DNA of 64,000 bases from a virus. The position numbers and the translations under genes are program-made. The stretch covers positions 1 to 64,000 of IMG/VR virus record IMGVR_UViG_3300009285_016375; one strand, 5' to 3'. A model generated the notes under the pieces. That model had not been told where the DNA came from, made no database searches, and worked only from the letters and a program-made list of their open reading frames with translations. Shown piece by piece: positions 7,323 to 16,208 of the stretch (the first letter of the stretch is position 1; the number at the start of each line of letters is the position of its first letter).

Positions 7323-7564
7323 GACTCCATGCGTTCACGGGTTCTCATTTCCACGGACTTGCGAGTTGCGAACATGGCGAGGCTGTTCATCCGCTCGACA
7401 GCATATTTAGCGGCGGCGGTGGTGTGCGTGGTTGGCGATGCTTCCTCGGCTTGTACCGCACCTTGCTCGAAAAGGTCGGCGGCGTCATCCCAGTCTTTTG
7501 CGGTGAGCCGTCTCCTCACCAGGCGCTGGACACAACCGCCGTTGGCGCGTTCTGTGTTGCTCAT
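7253..7564 (-). CDS. hypothetical phage protein
   Basis: The N-terminus GGCVQRLVRR comes from a degenerate attC left arm at 7513-7545; the C-terminus is PNEKAEPLPP. Confidence 0.55.
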   Translation of the reverse strand: MSNTERANGGCVQRLVRRRLTAKDWDDAADLFEQGAVQAEEASPTTHTTAAAKYAVERMNSLAMFATRKSVEMRTRERMESPNEKAEPLPPDGDGGAQKGQSK

Positions 7565-7829
7565 ACCGCCGCCCCACTCCATCGTGCGACGGATTGCCTG
7601 GGGCCTTGTCCAGGGCTGCCACCGCGCCGGGGCGCCCCACCGGTCTCGCCGCCAATGGCCCGCCATCGCGCGGAAATGGCCCGCCACGGCGTCGCAACGC
7701 CGAGGTGGTTGCTTCCTACCTGCCCGCCCCCTACGATGCGTCCTGGTGGCGCCCAGAGGCCAAGGAATCTCTTTCTACCCAACCTCGGCGCTCTGGTCTC
7801 GGCGCTCTGGTTGTCATAAGTGGTTGGTT

Positions 7830-8513
7830 TCAAGCCGGGCATGGGTTTTGGGGTTGGGCGATCTGGGCCAGCAACTCCCGGCGCTGGCGGCGCCAGGCCA
7901 GGATTTGGTCGCGGTTCTTCTCCGGCAGCTCGCGGGCCTGGGCGTGTTCATGCGGCTGGAGCAGCTTTTCCAAGGCGTCCAGGCGTTGGCGGAGCGCCCA
8001 GAGCCGGGCGGTGGCCGATTCCCTTTCCCCCCCTGGACCCCCCTTATTCTTTTTCTTATTATTTTCCTCTTCCTTTTCCTTTTCCTCTTCCTGTACCCTA
8101 TTGCATAGGGTATTTGAGGGATGGGTATTAAGAGAGGTAGTAAATACCCTATTAAATAGGGTATGGGGTAGGCTAGCGGCGAGGAGGATGCGCACCTCGG
8201 GTTGGGCGGCCAGCAAGCGTAAGATCGGCTTATGGGCGGGACAGGTCTCCGACAGTTGGCCGTATTGAAATTCAATGAAGCCAATGAGCCACCATTTGCC
8301 GTCGGCGAGCCTCTGGACGCGCCCTTGGAAATGGGCCAGGTCTTGGGCGCTGACGGGCCCGCCGATCTGGAAGCTAGCCAACTCGAAATCCGGTTCCCAA
8401 ACGCCGATGGCGTTGCACTTGGCGCAGAGGTAGGCCCAGAAACATTTGAGCCGGCAATCCAGTTTGCGGTGCCATTCTTTGTCCCATTGTTCAGTGGCGG
8501 TGAAGCGCTTCAT
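7830..8513 (-). CDS. putative phage replication initiator
   Basis: KRFTATEQW..EWHRKL...FWAYL...CNAIGVWE N-terminal domain, an EKEKEEE linker, internal palindromic repeats, and a position upstream of dnaB. Confidence 0.7.
   Translation of the reverse strand: MKRFTATEQWDKEWHRKLDCRLKCFWAYLCAKCNAIGVWEPDFELASFQIGGPVSAQDLAHFQGRVQRLADGKWWLIGFIEFQYGQLSETCPAHKPILRLLAAQPEVRILLAASLPHTLFNRVFTTSLNTHPSNTLCNRVQEEEKEKEEENNKKKNKGGPGGERESATARLWALRQRLDALEKLLQPHEHAQARELPEKNRDQILAWRRQRRELLAQIAQPQNPCPA
8040..8170. other. putative replication origin inside the initiator gene
   Basis: Two copies of the palindrome TACCCTAT-N3-ATAGGGTA (8094-8112, 8145-8163) lie next to an AT-rich polypyrimidine tract. Confidence 0.55.
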
Positions 8514-9019
8514 CGAGGCGTGTTCAGCAGTTGCCGGCGCTTCCATTCCGCGATCAGCAGGGCGTCCACCATGCCGGAATGAAGTTTGCGGCAGCGGGGC
8601 GAGGCGCGCAGGTCCAAGGCGGGGAAGAGCCGGGTGGCCACCACAGCGGCGGCGGCCTCGGTGTCGCCTTTGGCCACGTCTGCCAGCATGGCGCCACTCC
8701 AGCGGCGGGGATGCACGATGTCGTAAGGGATGCCCAGGCCCGCCAGCAGGCCCAGCCAGAGGCCAAAGCCTTTGCCAATCGAGAACATGGAGCTGACGCC
8801 CTGGCCGGGCCTGGCTTGGGCAGATTCAATGACGGCCAGGTCCACCGTCGCGCCGAGCAGCCGGCGCATGGCGGGCACATCGTATTCGCGGCGGTGGCCT
8901 TTGCCGGAGGGATGCGGCAGGGTGGGCGTGATCCAGGTGTGCACGAGCTCGCCATCTTCGCCGCCGCCCAACAAGGCCACGCCGCCATCCAGGCCGGGAT
9001 CAATGCCGATGAGTTTCAT
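8510..9019 (-). CDS. RuvC-like Holliday junction resolvase
   Basis: IGIDPGLDGG, AVIES..ARPGQGVSSMFSIG, DALLIA. Confidence 0.88.
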   Translation of the reverse strand: MKLIGIDPGLDGGVALLGGGEDGELVHTWITPTLPHPSGKGHRREYDVPAMRRLLGATVDLAVIESAQARPGQGVSSMFSIGKGFGLWLGLLAGLGIPYDIVHPRRWSGAMLADVAKGDTEAAAAVVATRLFPALDLRASPRCRKLHSGMVDALLIAEWKRRQLLNTPR

Positions 9020-9933
9020 GCATGAACTGATAGTGCTTCAAATGGACTCCCGCTCCGCTCAGCGGGCGGGAGTATCGCGGCGGTCTTGGATAGGCTGTTC
9101 TTTCGCCGTGAAAATTCGGTCCGGTCCGATTCTGGGAATTGTTTTATATTCCATAGTTCGTCTGGAATCAGACCTTGCTGTCCCGGTCTTTGCCCAGAGC
9201 ATTGTTTGACGAACACCGGCACTTGAGCGCCCCGGCACTGGTCCCGGATGCTGCGAATCCAGGCGAGATGGCACGGCCGGGCCTGAAGTCCGCTCTCCCC
9301 TCCGATCACAACCCAGTCCATGTGCCGGCCGATTGGCGTCTCCCAGCTATCCCCGGTCAGCCAACTGCGGTCTAACATGATCGGCCCCAGCAACGGCTCG
9401 CACGATAGCCAGCGGATGTGCGCCGGGATGTGCAGCAATGCGGGGATGCGTTCGTCGGCTCGCTCCTGGTCCTCAACCGACACACCGATCCAGACGTTGG
9501 GGGGCGGGGTGCCGTTCAACCAGTCCACCGCCCAGTGATGGCGGACGTGAACCGCAGAATATACGCGCGCAGGCCATAGCTCCGGGCGCTTCGTCAGCAA
9601 CAGCCAGTCGAGGCGCGGTGTGTCGTGGATCACCGCGAGCAGATCCGCCAGCCACTCAATCGGGACCTCCGGGTCCAGCCAGTCGCACAGGCTGGGGAAC
9701 ACGCGCGGCCGCCGTTCGAGCTGCCCGGCGGATTTGTTCCACCGCCGCGGCTTGCGCCAGTCCCGCGTCCGCCACCGTGGTTTGCCCGGTCCCCAATGGT
9801 CCACATCTTCCAGCAGGTGCCGCTTGTCGCGGGCCTCGGCGTAGCAGTTAAGGCATCCGGGTGAGACTTTCGTGCAGCCGATCCACGGCGACCACGAGTG
9901 GTCACACCACGCGATGCTAGTGTGGTCTCCCAT
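9016..9933 (-). CDS. phage Gp37/Gp68 (DUF5131) family protein
   Basis: TSIAWCDHSWSPWIGCTKVSPGCLNCYA, LLLTKRPE, NVWIGVSVEDQ, SCEPLLGP, WVVIGGESG, VFVKQ. Confidence 0.9.
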   Translation of the reverse strand: MGDHTSIAWCDHSWSPWIGCTKVSPGCLNCYAEARDKRHLLEDVDHWGPGKPRWRTRDWRKPRRWNKSAGQLERRPRVFPSLCDWLDPEVPIEWLADLLAVIHDTPRLDWLLLTKRPELWPARVYSAVHVRHHWAVDWLNGTPPPNVWIGVSVEDQERADERIPALLHIPAHIRWLSCEPLLGPIMLDRSWLTGDSWETPIGRHMDWVVIGGESGLQARPCHLAWIRSIRDQCRGAQVPVFVKQCSGQRPGQQGLIPDELWNIKQFPESDRTEFSRRKNSLSKTAAILPPAERSGSPFEALSVHA

Positions 9934-10116
9934 ATAGTCCTCGCTGTAAGCGTTGGAGTTTTCCTTCCGAAACAAGTTTTGAAGCCATGCACTTGCACGC
10001 TGGTAGTGACTGTCCGGTTTTCACTGCGACTGCATTCAGTCGGCTTCCATTTCCGGTTGAGATGATGGATGATTTCTCCATTGTGCAATCGCCTGCCAAG
10101 CGGCGCGCCCTACGGG

Positions 10117-10410
10117 TCAGCAATCGGCCGGTTTTTGGGGCGCCCAATCCTCGAAGCGGTAGCAGTGGGCTTCGGCCAGGGTCAAGGCCTTCTGCCGCGC
10201 TTTGATGTGCTCGGCGCTCAGGTGTGGGCGCTGCGTTTTCAGCAGCTTGCGGTTGCACTTGATCCAGTGGCGCAGCACGGGGGCCGCGGTTTGGTCCTGG
10301 GCGCGGAGGAGAAAGACTGGTTCGTCCTTCGGAATGAGGTGTTGTTTGCCCGCGGCATCGGTGTAGCCGGGGTCTTGAATGCGTTGGTAGTCAGAACGGG
10401 CGTGAATCAT
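10117..10410 (-). CDS. conserved hypothetical phage protein
   Basis: DEPVFLLRAQD..A..V...W motif; coupled to the upstream gene. Confidence 0.65.
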   Translation of the reverse strand: MIHARSDYQRIQDPGYTDAAGKQHLIPKDEPVFLLRAQDQTAAPVLRHWIKCNRKLLKTQRPHLSAEHIKARQKALTLAEAHCYRFEDWAPQKPADC

Positions 10411-10641
10411 GGGGTGGATTGGGGTTGGGGTTGGGGTGGTGGTTGCGGTAGTGAGGCTGCAAATTCTTGGCGCCATGCTGCGATCTGCCGGGCTTTCTGC
10501 AGGCGGAGCAATGCCTCACACCATGCCTGGCGCGCCACGGCAATCGGGGGCTGATGCTCGGCTTCGACGCGCAGAAAGTCATTCCAGAGCTGCGCTTCCT
10601 CGGAAATCAGTTGTGGCAGGGCGGGGTTCATGCGGGTGTTT

Positions 10642-11322
10642 TCACGGCATGAGGTCGATGGGGTTGGGTTCGGGTGGTGCCGGCGGGGCAGCAAAGCGGG
10701 CGGGTGGACCGCCGTTCAGTTCCGTCAACCGTTTCAGGCCCGCGTCCAAGCGCTCCAGGAATGCGTCCAGCGCTGCCCGCAAGACGGCGATCAGCTTCTC
10801 ATCCCGCTCGATTTCCAGCAACAGGGCCGGGAAACGGCGCCGGTAGGAGAGGAACTGCCAGGCGGCGCGCCCGGTGACCAGCATGGCGCCTTGGACTTGC
10901 AGCACGTAAGCGGCGGGCAGTTGGCCGGCCAGGAGGCAGGCGACGTGGGTGTGGGCGGCCGGGCATTTGATCTCGAGGCCGCTCTGGTCGCCGAGCAAGC
11001 CGTCCGGCGAACAACCGAGCCGGCCGTCATCGGTGGTGACGAAGCCGACCCGGGTGATGGACGTGCTGCGCTCCAATTCGTAAAACGGGATGGCTTCTTC
11101 CTCGAGAATCTGGCCGAGTTCCATGTCGATGGACTGGTAGCCGGGCAACGGGCCGCCCAGCCAGGCTTCGGCGAGTTTGCGGGCCAGGTAACTCCGGGGC
11201 ATTTCCCCGGTGCGGAGTTCGCCCTTGGGCGTGACCAGTTGATCGAACTCGCTGGCGGTGGGGATGCCCGCCCGGGCCCGCAGCCATTCCAGGCTGTTCT
11301 GTTCGCAAGGGACGATTTTCAT
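10642..11322 (-). CDS. YqaJ/lambda-exonuclease family recombination nuclease
   Basis: EQNSLEWLRARAGIPTASE, G..LEEEA, GCSPDGL, GLEIKCP, YVLQVQ. Confidence 0.92.
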   Translation of the reverse strand: MKIVPCEQNSLEWLRARAGIPTASEFDQLVTPKGELRTGEMPRSYLARKLAEAWLGGPLPGYQSIDMELGQILEEEAIPFYELERSTSITRVGFVTTDDGRLGCSPDGLLGDQSGLEIKCPAAHTHVACLLAGQLPAAYVLQVQGAMLVTGRAAWQFLSYRRRFPALLLEIERDEKLIAVLRAALDAFLERLDAGLKRLTELNGGPPARFAAPPAPPEPNPIDLMP

Positions 11323-12104
11323 TTGCCTTGCTGTTCTTTTTTGCGGAGCTGCGCGTCCAGCACCTCGTATTTGCCGGACATGATCTGCTGGTAATGGGTG
11401 CGGGCGGGCAAGCCGTCCACCTGGACGCCGGCAAACCGGAGAAAGCGCACTTCATCCACCCGGTCGTGCAGATCCTGGACGCGCCGGTGCAGTTCCTCGG
11501 CCAGGGCGGCGGAGATGAACTCACCGACGTGGCGCGGGTCATCATCGGCCCGGAGCCGGGTGCGCAGGCCAAAGAAGCGAATGAGCAACTGGCGCTCGGC
11601 CGCCGTGGTGGCGGCGGCGTCGCATTGGGTGGGGCTCATCAAGCTGGTGCCCGGCGAAACGCGGGTGGTATAGCTGCGCGACTCGCTGTGGCCCAGCTCA
11701 TGGATGACGGTGAGCGTGACCGTGACCTGGTTGTTCTCCAGCGCTTGGCCGACGATGGTGGAGAAGCCGTGCTGGAGGAGATGCGGCTCCAGGGCGTCCT
11801 TGATCTCCTGCGGTGAACAGTATTGGAAGGCGAGCTCGCCCGACTTGGTGCGGACCTCGCGGTCGGCGTAGATGGCCGGCATCGTCTTGCGCAGCCTGAA
11901 GTGCGCGCGAAAGAAAGCCGTTTTCGATTCTTCGGCCCGGACCTCGCGACACATGCCGGCGAGCCTCTCGACCACGGCCATGTTTTCCGGGGTGATCCCT
12001 TTCTCCACCACGGCCCTGAGGATGTCCGCCGGGGAAGGGGCCACGGGTGTAGCCAGGGGCTGCAGGGTGATCGGCGCCAGGTCCAGGGTGGTGGGTTCGC
12101 TCAT
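11319..12104 (-). CDS. ERF-like single-strand annealing protein
   Basis: Y...EI..AL.P.L..HGFS, LTVIHELGHSES, Q..AAATTAAERQLL (an ERF GSALTYARRY-like motif); coupled to the exonuclease. Confidence 0.7.
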   Translation of the reverse strand: MSEPTTLDLAPITLQPLATPVAPSPADILRAVVEKGITPENMAVVERLAGMCREVRAEESKTAFFRAHFRLRKTMPAIYADREVRTKSGELAFQYCSPQEIKDALEPHLLQHGFSTIVGQALENNQVTVTLTVIHELGHSESRSYTTRVSPGTSLMSPTQCDAAATTAAERQLLIRFFGLRTRLRADDDPRHVGEFISAALAEELHRRVQDLHDRVDEVRFLRFAGVQVDGLPARTHYQQIMSGKYEVLDAQLRKKEQQGK

Positions 12105-12227
12105 GGGATCAAAAAATGGCTGCTCGGCTGGACGACCGGCTATGATACATGCGCCAAGAGATGGCGGCAGAGGAGCCGGCAGTTGTGTGGAAGCCCAAGA
12201 AACCGAGCAGCCATAAAAATCGAGTCC

Positions 12228-13067
12228 TTACGAAGGCCAGCCGTGCAGAGCCGCCAAGCCCGTGGTTGTCTGGATTTCGCTGACCAGTTCGTGCATCGCG
12301 CTCTTGACCACCAGATCGGGCCGGACCGGCTCGTAACGGAGGGACAACTTGTGCTCGCGGACGGTGTAGCGCAGCCGAACAGTGAGGGCGTAGGGCGGCA
12401 GGCCCTCGAAAGGCGCCACGCCGCAAACCAGTTTGGCGGGAAGCTCCATCTGGCCCTGGCTGATGTTTTCGCCGCCGCGCACGACCACGTCTTCGTCGTA
12501 GTGCAGGCGCACGGCCCCGGTTTGCAGGCGCACCGCGGCACTAAAGCGCGCCTCGGCGTGTCCGTGCAGGGTGTGCACGAGTTCGAGCAACTCCGCTCCG
12601 GGCGGATCCACGAACAAGGCCGCGTTGTCTTCCAAAAAGAGGGCCAGCTCCACCTGGGTGAGCCAGACGTTGGCTTGGCTGAGGAACAATTGCCAGTCCT
12701 TGGTGGGCTTGGGCCGGAAAGTGGCCCGATGCGCGCAGCGCCCCGGCGCAGCGGCGTGGTAATCGAACACGCACAGCATCCGGGAGGAGTCATCGGCCGG
12801 GTGGACAAACAGATGGGTGGTTTCAGGCCGAAGGTGCCGCTGGACGTAGGCGGCGAAGCTCTGCGTGTGGGTGAACTCCGGCGCGGCTTTGACCCACTGC
12901 GGGGGCAAGAGCGCTTCCAAGCTTTGCAACTGATACCCGGCTGGGACCAGCACGGCGGGCAGGCCGTCCTCACCGGGTTTGATGAGTTCGCTGCCTAACG
13001 CTCGGCCAGCGGCCAGTAACACGTCCACTTCCAGTCGAGGGGGAGCGGAGTCATGGGTGGTTTCCAT
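12228..13067 (-). CDS. DUF2303 (YfdQ-like) protein
   Basis: SFAAYV, VFDYH, QVELALFLEDN, PFEG...VRLRY. Confidence 0.8.
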   Translation of the reverse strand: METTHDSAPPRLEVDVLLAAGRALGSELIKPGEDGLPAVLVPAGYQLQSLEALLPPQWVKAAPEFTHTQSFAAYVQRHLRPETTHLFVHPADDSSRMLCVFDYHAAAPGRCAHRATFRPKPTKDWQLFLSQANVWLTQVELALFLEDNAALFVDPPGAELLELVHTLHGHAEARFSAAVRLQTGAVRLHYDEDVVVRGGENISQGQMELPAKLVCGVAPFEGLPPYALTVRLRYTVREHKLSLRYEPVRPDLVVKSAMHELVSEIQTTTGLAALHGWPS

Positions 13068-13096
13068 AGGTTTCGAGTTTGGTTCAGGTTTCGAGT

Positions 13097-13498
13097 TTAT
13101 TGGGAGGCGGCCTGGCGCAAGACCGCCGTGGCCACCGGCTCAACCTCCACGGTGCGGAGCTCCATTCTCAATTGCTGCGGGTGGTCGCGGGAGAGGTTGT
13201 GGTCTGGGTCCACGAAAAAGACCGAGGGTTCAACGGGCAGTTTGGGGGCCGTGAGGCTCAACTCGTCCTCGATCAGCACCAACAGGGCCTGGCCCTTGTT
13301 GGCGGGTTTCACGAAGAGCTTAAGGGTGAGGCTGCCCGGTTTCCCGGTTTCCTCGCAGGCAGCCAGCAGGGCCCGCAGCTCGGTGGAGAGCTCGTGCGCC
13401 AGGTGGCCGCAGCGATGCTCGCTGAGCAGGCGGGTGAAGCCGTTGTCGATCAAGGGCGGCCGAGCCGCTGGGTCGTCGTTGGGAATGGGTTGTTTCAT
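13097..13498 (-). CDS. YfdP-like partner of DUF2303
   Basis: TGKPGSLTLKL.VKP...FFVDPDHNLSRDHPQQ; the usual neighbour of DUF2303. Confidence 0.7.
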   Translation of the reverse strand: MKQPIPNDDPAARPPLIDNGFTRLLSEHRCGHLAHELSTELRALLAACEETGKPGSLTLKLFVKPANKGQALLVLIEDELSLTAPKLPVEPSVFFVDPDHNLSRDHPQQLRMELRTVEVEPVATAVLRQAASQ

Positions 13499-13748
13499 AG
13501 GGATGGTTTTGGATAGGGATGGAGTGCGCCCGAAGCCGGTGCGGCCCAAGGCCATTTTATCGCACCTGCCTTTCCGGCCCGGCATCCGAACCGGCACCGG
13601 CTTGGCGCGGGAAGGAAATAAGGGGATGGCCACCCCCCCGGCCTTGACTCCACCGGGAGCCAGTGGCTTTGCACGGCCTGGCCGGTAGCCGGGGATGAAG
13701 CAGTACTGCCCGCCCGCGGGCGGTGGCCAAATGGTGCGAGGGAATCAT

Positions 13749-13967
13749 TCATAGTGGCAGAATGCGGCTGGTGCCGCAGCGGCAAGTCCAGCGGCGATAG
13801 GAATAGAAAAGCCCGCCCTCAACGGGGTGCGGCACCCAGGGCCGGCCGCACTTGGGGCAAGAGGGGCCCTGCCCCCGGTCCCTCCGGTCAGCGGCTTTCC
13901 AAACCGCGAGCCCGGCGGCGATGATGCTGGCGGCCCACAGCGCAGAGAGGATCAGGATCACGCTCAT
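13749..13967 (-). CDS. small membrane-anchored Zn-ribbon protein
   Basis: N-terminal hydrophobic helix, CPKC...CRC. Confidence 0.5.
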   Translation of the reverse strand: MSVILILSALWAASIIAAGLAVWKAADRRDRGQGPSCPKCGRPWVPHPVEGGLFYSYRRWTCRCGTSRILPL

Positions 13968-14016
13968 TTCTTCCTTTCCAGGTTCAGCGGCCCGTGGGAT
14001 GGCGTCTCAGTGGTAT

Positions 14017-14295
14017 TCATACGGTTGGGCAGCTTGGGGTGTTCAGGCCCGCCCCGTTTCGTTTCTCGGGGTTTCCCTGAGCCGGCCTTGGGCGTTGGCT
14101 GCGCCGGGCATAGGGGCGTGAAGTGTAGAAGCGGGCACGCTCGCTAAGCGACCAGCTTCTGAAGAAGTCTTGAAGCGCCGCAGTCACAATGAGTTCAGAG
14201 GTTTTGTTGGTGCGGATGGCCTCCACTTGGATTTTCTTGCGCAGGGCGCTCGGCACGCGGACGTTTAGTTGGCACTCGTCGTTCACGCGGGCCAT
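14017..14295 (-). CDS. ribbon-helix-helix (Arc-like) regulator
   Basis: QLNVRVPSALRKKIQVEA...TSELIVTAAL. Confidence 0.7.
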   Translation of the reverse strand: MARVNDECQLNVRVPSALRKKIQVEAIRTNKTSELIVTAALQDFFRSWSLSERARFYTSRPYARRSQRPRPAQGNPEKRNGAGLNTPSCPTV

Positions 14296-14372
14296 TCTAG
14301 CTAGCACCACCAGTCTAGCAAGAAAAATGTCTTGCGCCCGCTAGCAACTATGCAAGACTGCCCTTGCTGGAT
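14296..14372. promoter_or_regulatory. divergent promoter/operator region
   Basis: CTAGCA occurs three times (14301, 14315, 14341) and GTCTTGC...GCAAGAC forms an inverted repeat, between two divergent regulators. Confidence 0.55.
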
Positions 14373-14636
14373 ATGAAAAAAGCGACTGTGCAACTGAACG
14401 TGCGAACCTCTCCGGAGGCCCACCAATTCCTGCGGCAAGTGGCCGTGCTGGCGGGGGTGTCGCAGGAAATGATCGTGAACGCCGCCCTCGGGCTGTACTA
14501 CGAACAAAAGAGTGCAACCGTAGCTGAGATTCACCACCGCTGCATTGAAGTGGTGAGGCGGCACAACCTGGAAGTGCCGTCTTTTAAGCATCCCCTTGGT
14601 TTGGCCCAAGGGGAAGAACAGTTGGTAGCGGCGTGA
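14373..14636 (+). CDS. ribbon-helix-helix regulator
   Basis: VQLNVRTSPEAHQFLRQVA...VSQEMIVNAAL. Confidence 0.7.
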   Translation: MKKATVQLNVRTSPEAHQFLRQVAVLAGVSQEMIVNAALGLYYEQKSATVAEIHHRCIEVVRRHNLEVPSFKHPLGLAQGEEQLVAA

Positions 14637-14810
14637 GTTGAGAGCCACGGCTCAGCCCGCGTTCTGAGAGAGAGGAACGCCGCGAGTCGGGAGAGGGGTG
14701 AAATGCGCGCACAATGTGTGGAACCTTCACCGCCATAGGATCATCCGGGTTATTCTCAAGTTATTCACAGGCGGGCCGATTTAACAGCAAATGGGCCGGC
14801 TTAACAGCAA

Positions 14811-15269
14811 ATGACGTCAATGGAAGAGTTTGACCAGTCAGCGAAACGAATTGCTGAGGAGCTAACGGCCTTGCGGCGGCGTTGCGAGGCGCGGTTTATC
14901 GAAGTGAAGCTGGTGGCCTGCCAGATGGCCGTGCCCCACGATGGCTTGGGGCAAACCGCCGACGTGCGCCTGGTGCGCTACGCCAACGCCGTGCGCTTGG
15001 AGGTGCGCCGGGCCGGGCATTGGCGGCCTCTGGAGTATTTCCCCGACGAGATTGATGCCCTGGGCGCCGCCGCCGAGAGCCGGGCGCTGCACAGCGCCTG
15101 CCTGCCGGAGTTGCGGGCGCTGGAACCGTTCACGTTCGAGCTGGTCCAGCGCGGCGCTGAGGCCAGCCCGCAGCCGGCCCAACCCTTCCGCCGGGGCACC
15201 CGCTGGAGCGGCGGGCGGTTGGTGCGCTTGCCGGGCGCCAGCCACAAGGCGTGGTTGACGCCACGCTAA
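14811..15269 (+). CDS. hypothetical protein
   Basis: ATG-started ORF with plausible amino acid composition. Confidence 0.5.
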   Translation: MTSMEEFDQSAKRIAEELTALRRRCEARFIEVKLVACQMAVPHDGLGQTADVRLVRYANAVRLEVRRAGHWRPLEYFPDEIDALGAAAESRALHSACLPELRALEPFTFELVQRGAEASPQPAQPFRRGTRWSGGRLVRLPGASHKAWLTPR

Positions 15270-15549
15270 CCAGCGCTGGCCACGGCCAGGGCAACCGAGG
15301 GTTAGCGTGGACACCCAGCAACGAACTGCTGAACGCGGCGACGGTGGAAGGCGGACGGGAAGGGAGGTTAACGCCGGGCGTGATGGCCACCCTTTGACAA
15401 CGCTTGCAGTTGCTGGATCAGGGCCCGCAGCTGCATTTGGACACTGGGCCACTGCTTGCCTACGCTGTACATGTCATCGACCAACTGACACACGACAGCC
15501 GCAGTGTACAGCGCTTGCAATACCTTTTTTGTCTCGGCAGCGGTCACGG

Positions 15550-15855
15550 CTAGGGCTTGGCCGCGCGCACCGCGGCGCCCACCGCCGCCTCGACCAGCGC
15601 GGTCAAGTTGGTGGTGGCGTTGCTTTCCAGGCTCAGGTTGCCGACCGACGCGCCTTGCGTCTTGTCGGTCTGGCTCGCTTTCCAGGTCGCGAGGGTCGCG
15701 CGGCTCGCGAAGAACGAGAGCCCCGAGGCATGCGTGGTAATCGTGCGGAGCGGTTGTCCGTTTTCATAGGAGAGGTCGGTTTGCGTGGTGCCGAAGCGAG
15801 CGCAACCGATCAGAGTTACGCCCGCCAAGGCGATGAGTGTCAGGTTCAGTTTCAT
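15550..15855 (-). CDS. lipoprotein (possible spanin-like lysis accessory)
   Basis: MKLNLTLIALAGVTLIGC lipobox; coupled to the holin-like gene. Confidence 0.65.
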   Translation of the reverse strand: MKLNLTLIALAGVTLIGCARFGTTQTDLSYENGQPLRTITTHASGLSFFASRATLATWKASQTDKTQGASVGNLSLESNATTNLTALVEAAVGAAVRAAKP

Positions 15856-16193
15856 TTTGGTGTTTCCGGCGGTTTCGGGAATAACTCGTCCGGGAGGAAG
15901 CGTTCCAATTTGCGCAGCACTTTGTCGTGCGCAAACCAAGCGATAAACCACAAGACGGTCCCGGTCAGTATCTCTCTCACCAGCGGGTAGCGGACCTCTG
16001 GGTTGATGGCGCTGGGCGGGCACAGCAGGGGATAGGTAGTAGTGGCCACCAGCAAACCGATGGCGGGGATGAACTGGTTCCGCACCCAGGTAGAGAGCTT
16101 GCAGGCGTAGCCGACGACGACGACGGCCAGGATGGTGAGCAGTTCGGGCGAGGCCGAACTGACTTGCGAAATGAGATCGTTGAGCAGGTCCAT
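15852..16193 (-). CDS. holin-like membrane protein
   Basis: Three short hydrophobic segments and a charged C-terminus; NQFIPAIGLLV resembles holin motifs. Confidence 0.6.
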   Translation of the reverse strand: MDLLNDLISQVSSASPELLTILAVVVVGYACKLSTWVRNQFIPAIGLLVATTTYPLLCPPSAINPEVRYPLVREILTGTVLWFIAWFAHDKVLRKLERFLPDELFPKPPETPK

Positions 16194-16208
16194 CAGAGGA
16201 TGTCAAAA

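Noticed and set aside
15270-15549. Possible attP, tRNA or ncRNA in the convergent intergenic gap
   Set aside because: Only weak inverted repeats (TGTACA...TGTACA) and a short T-run are present; no cloverleaf or att core can be supported.
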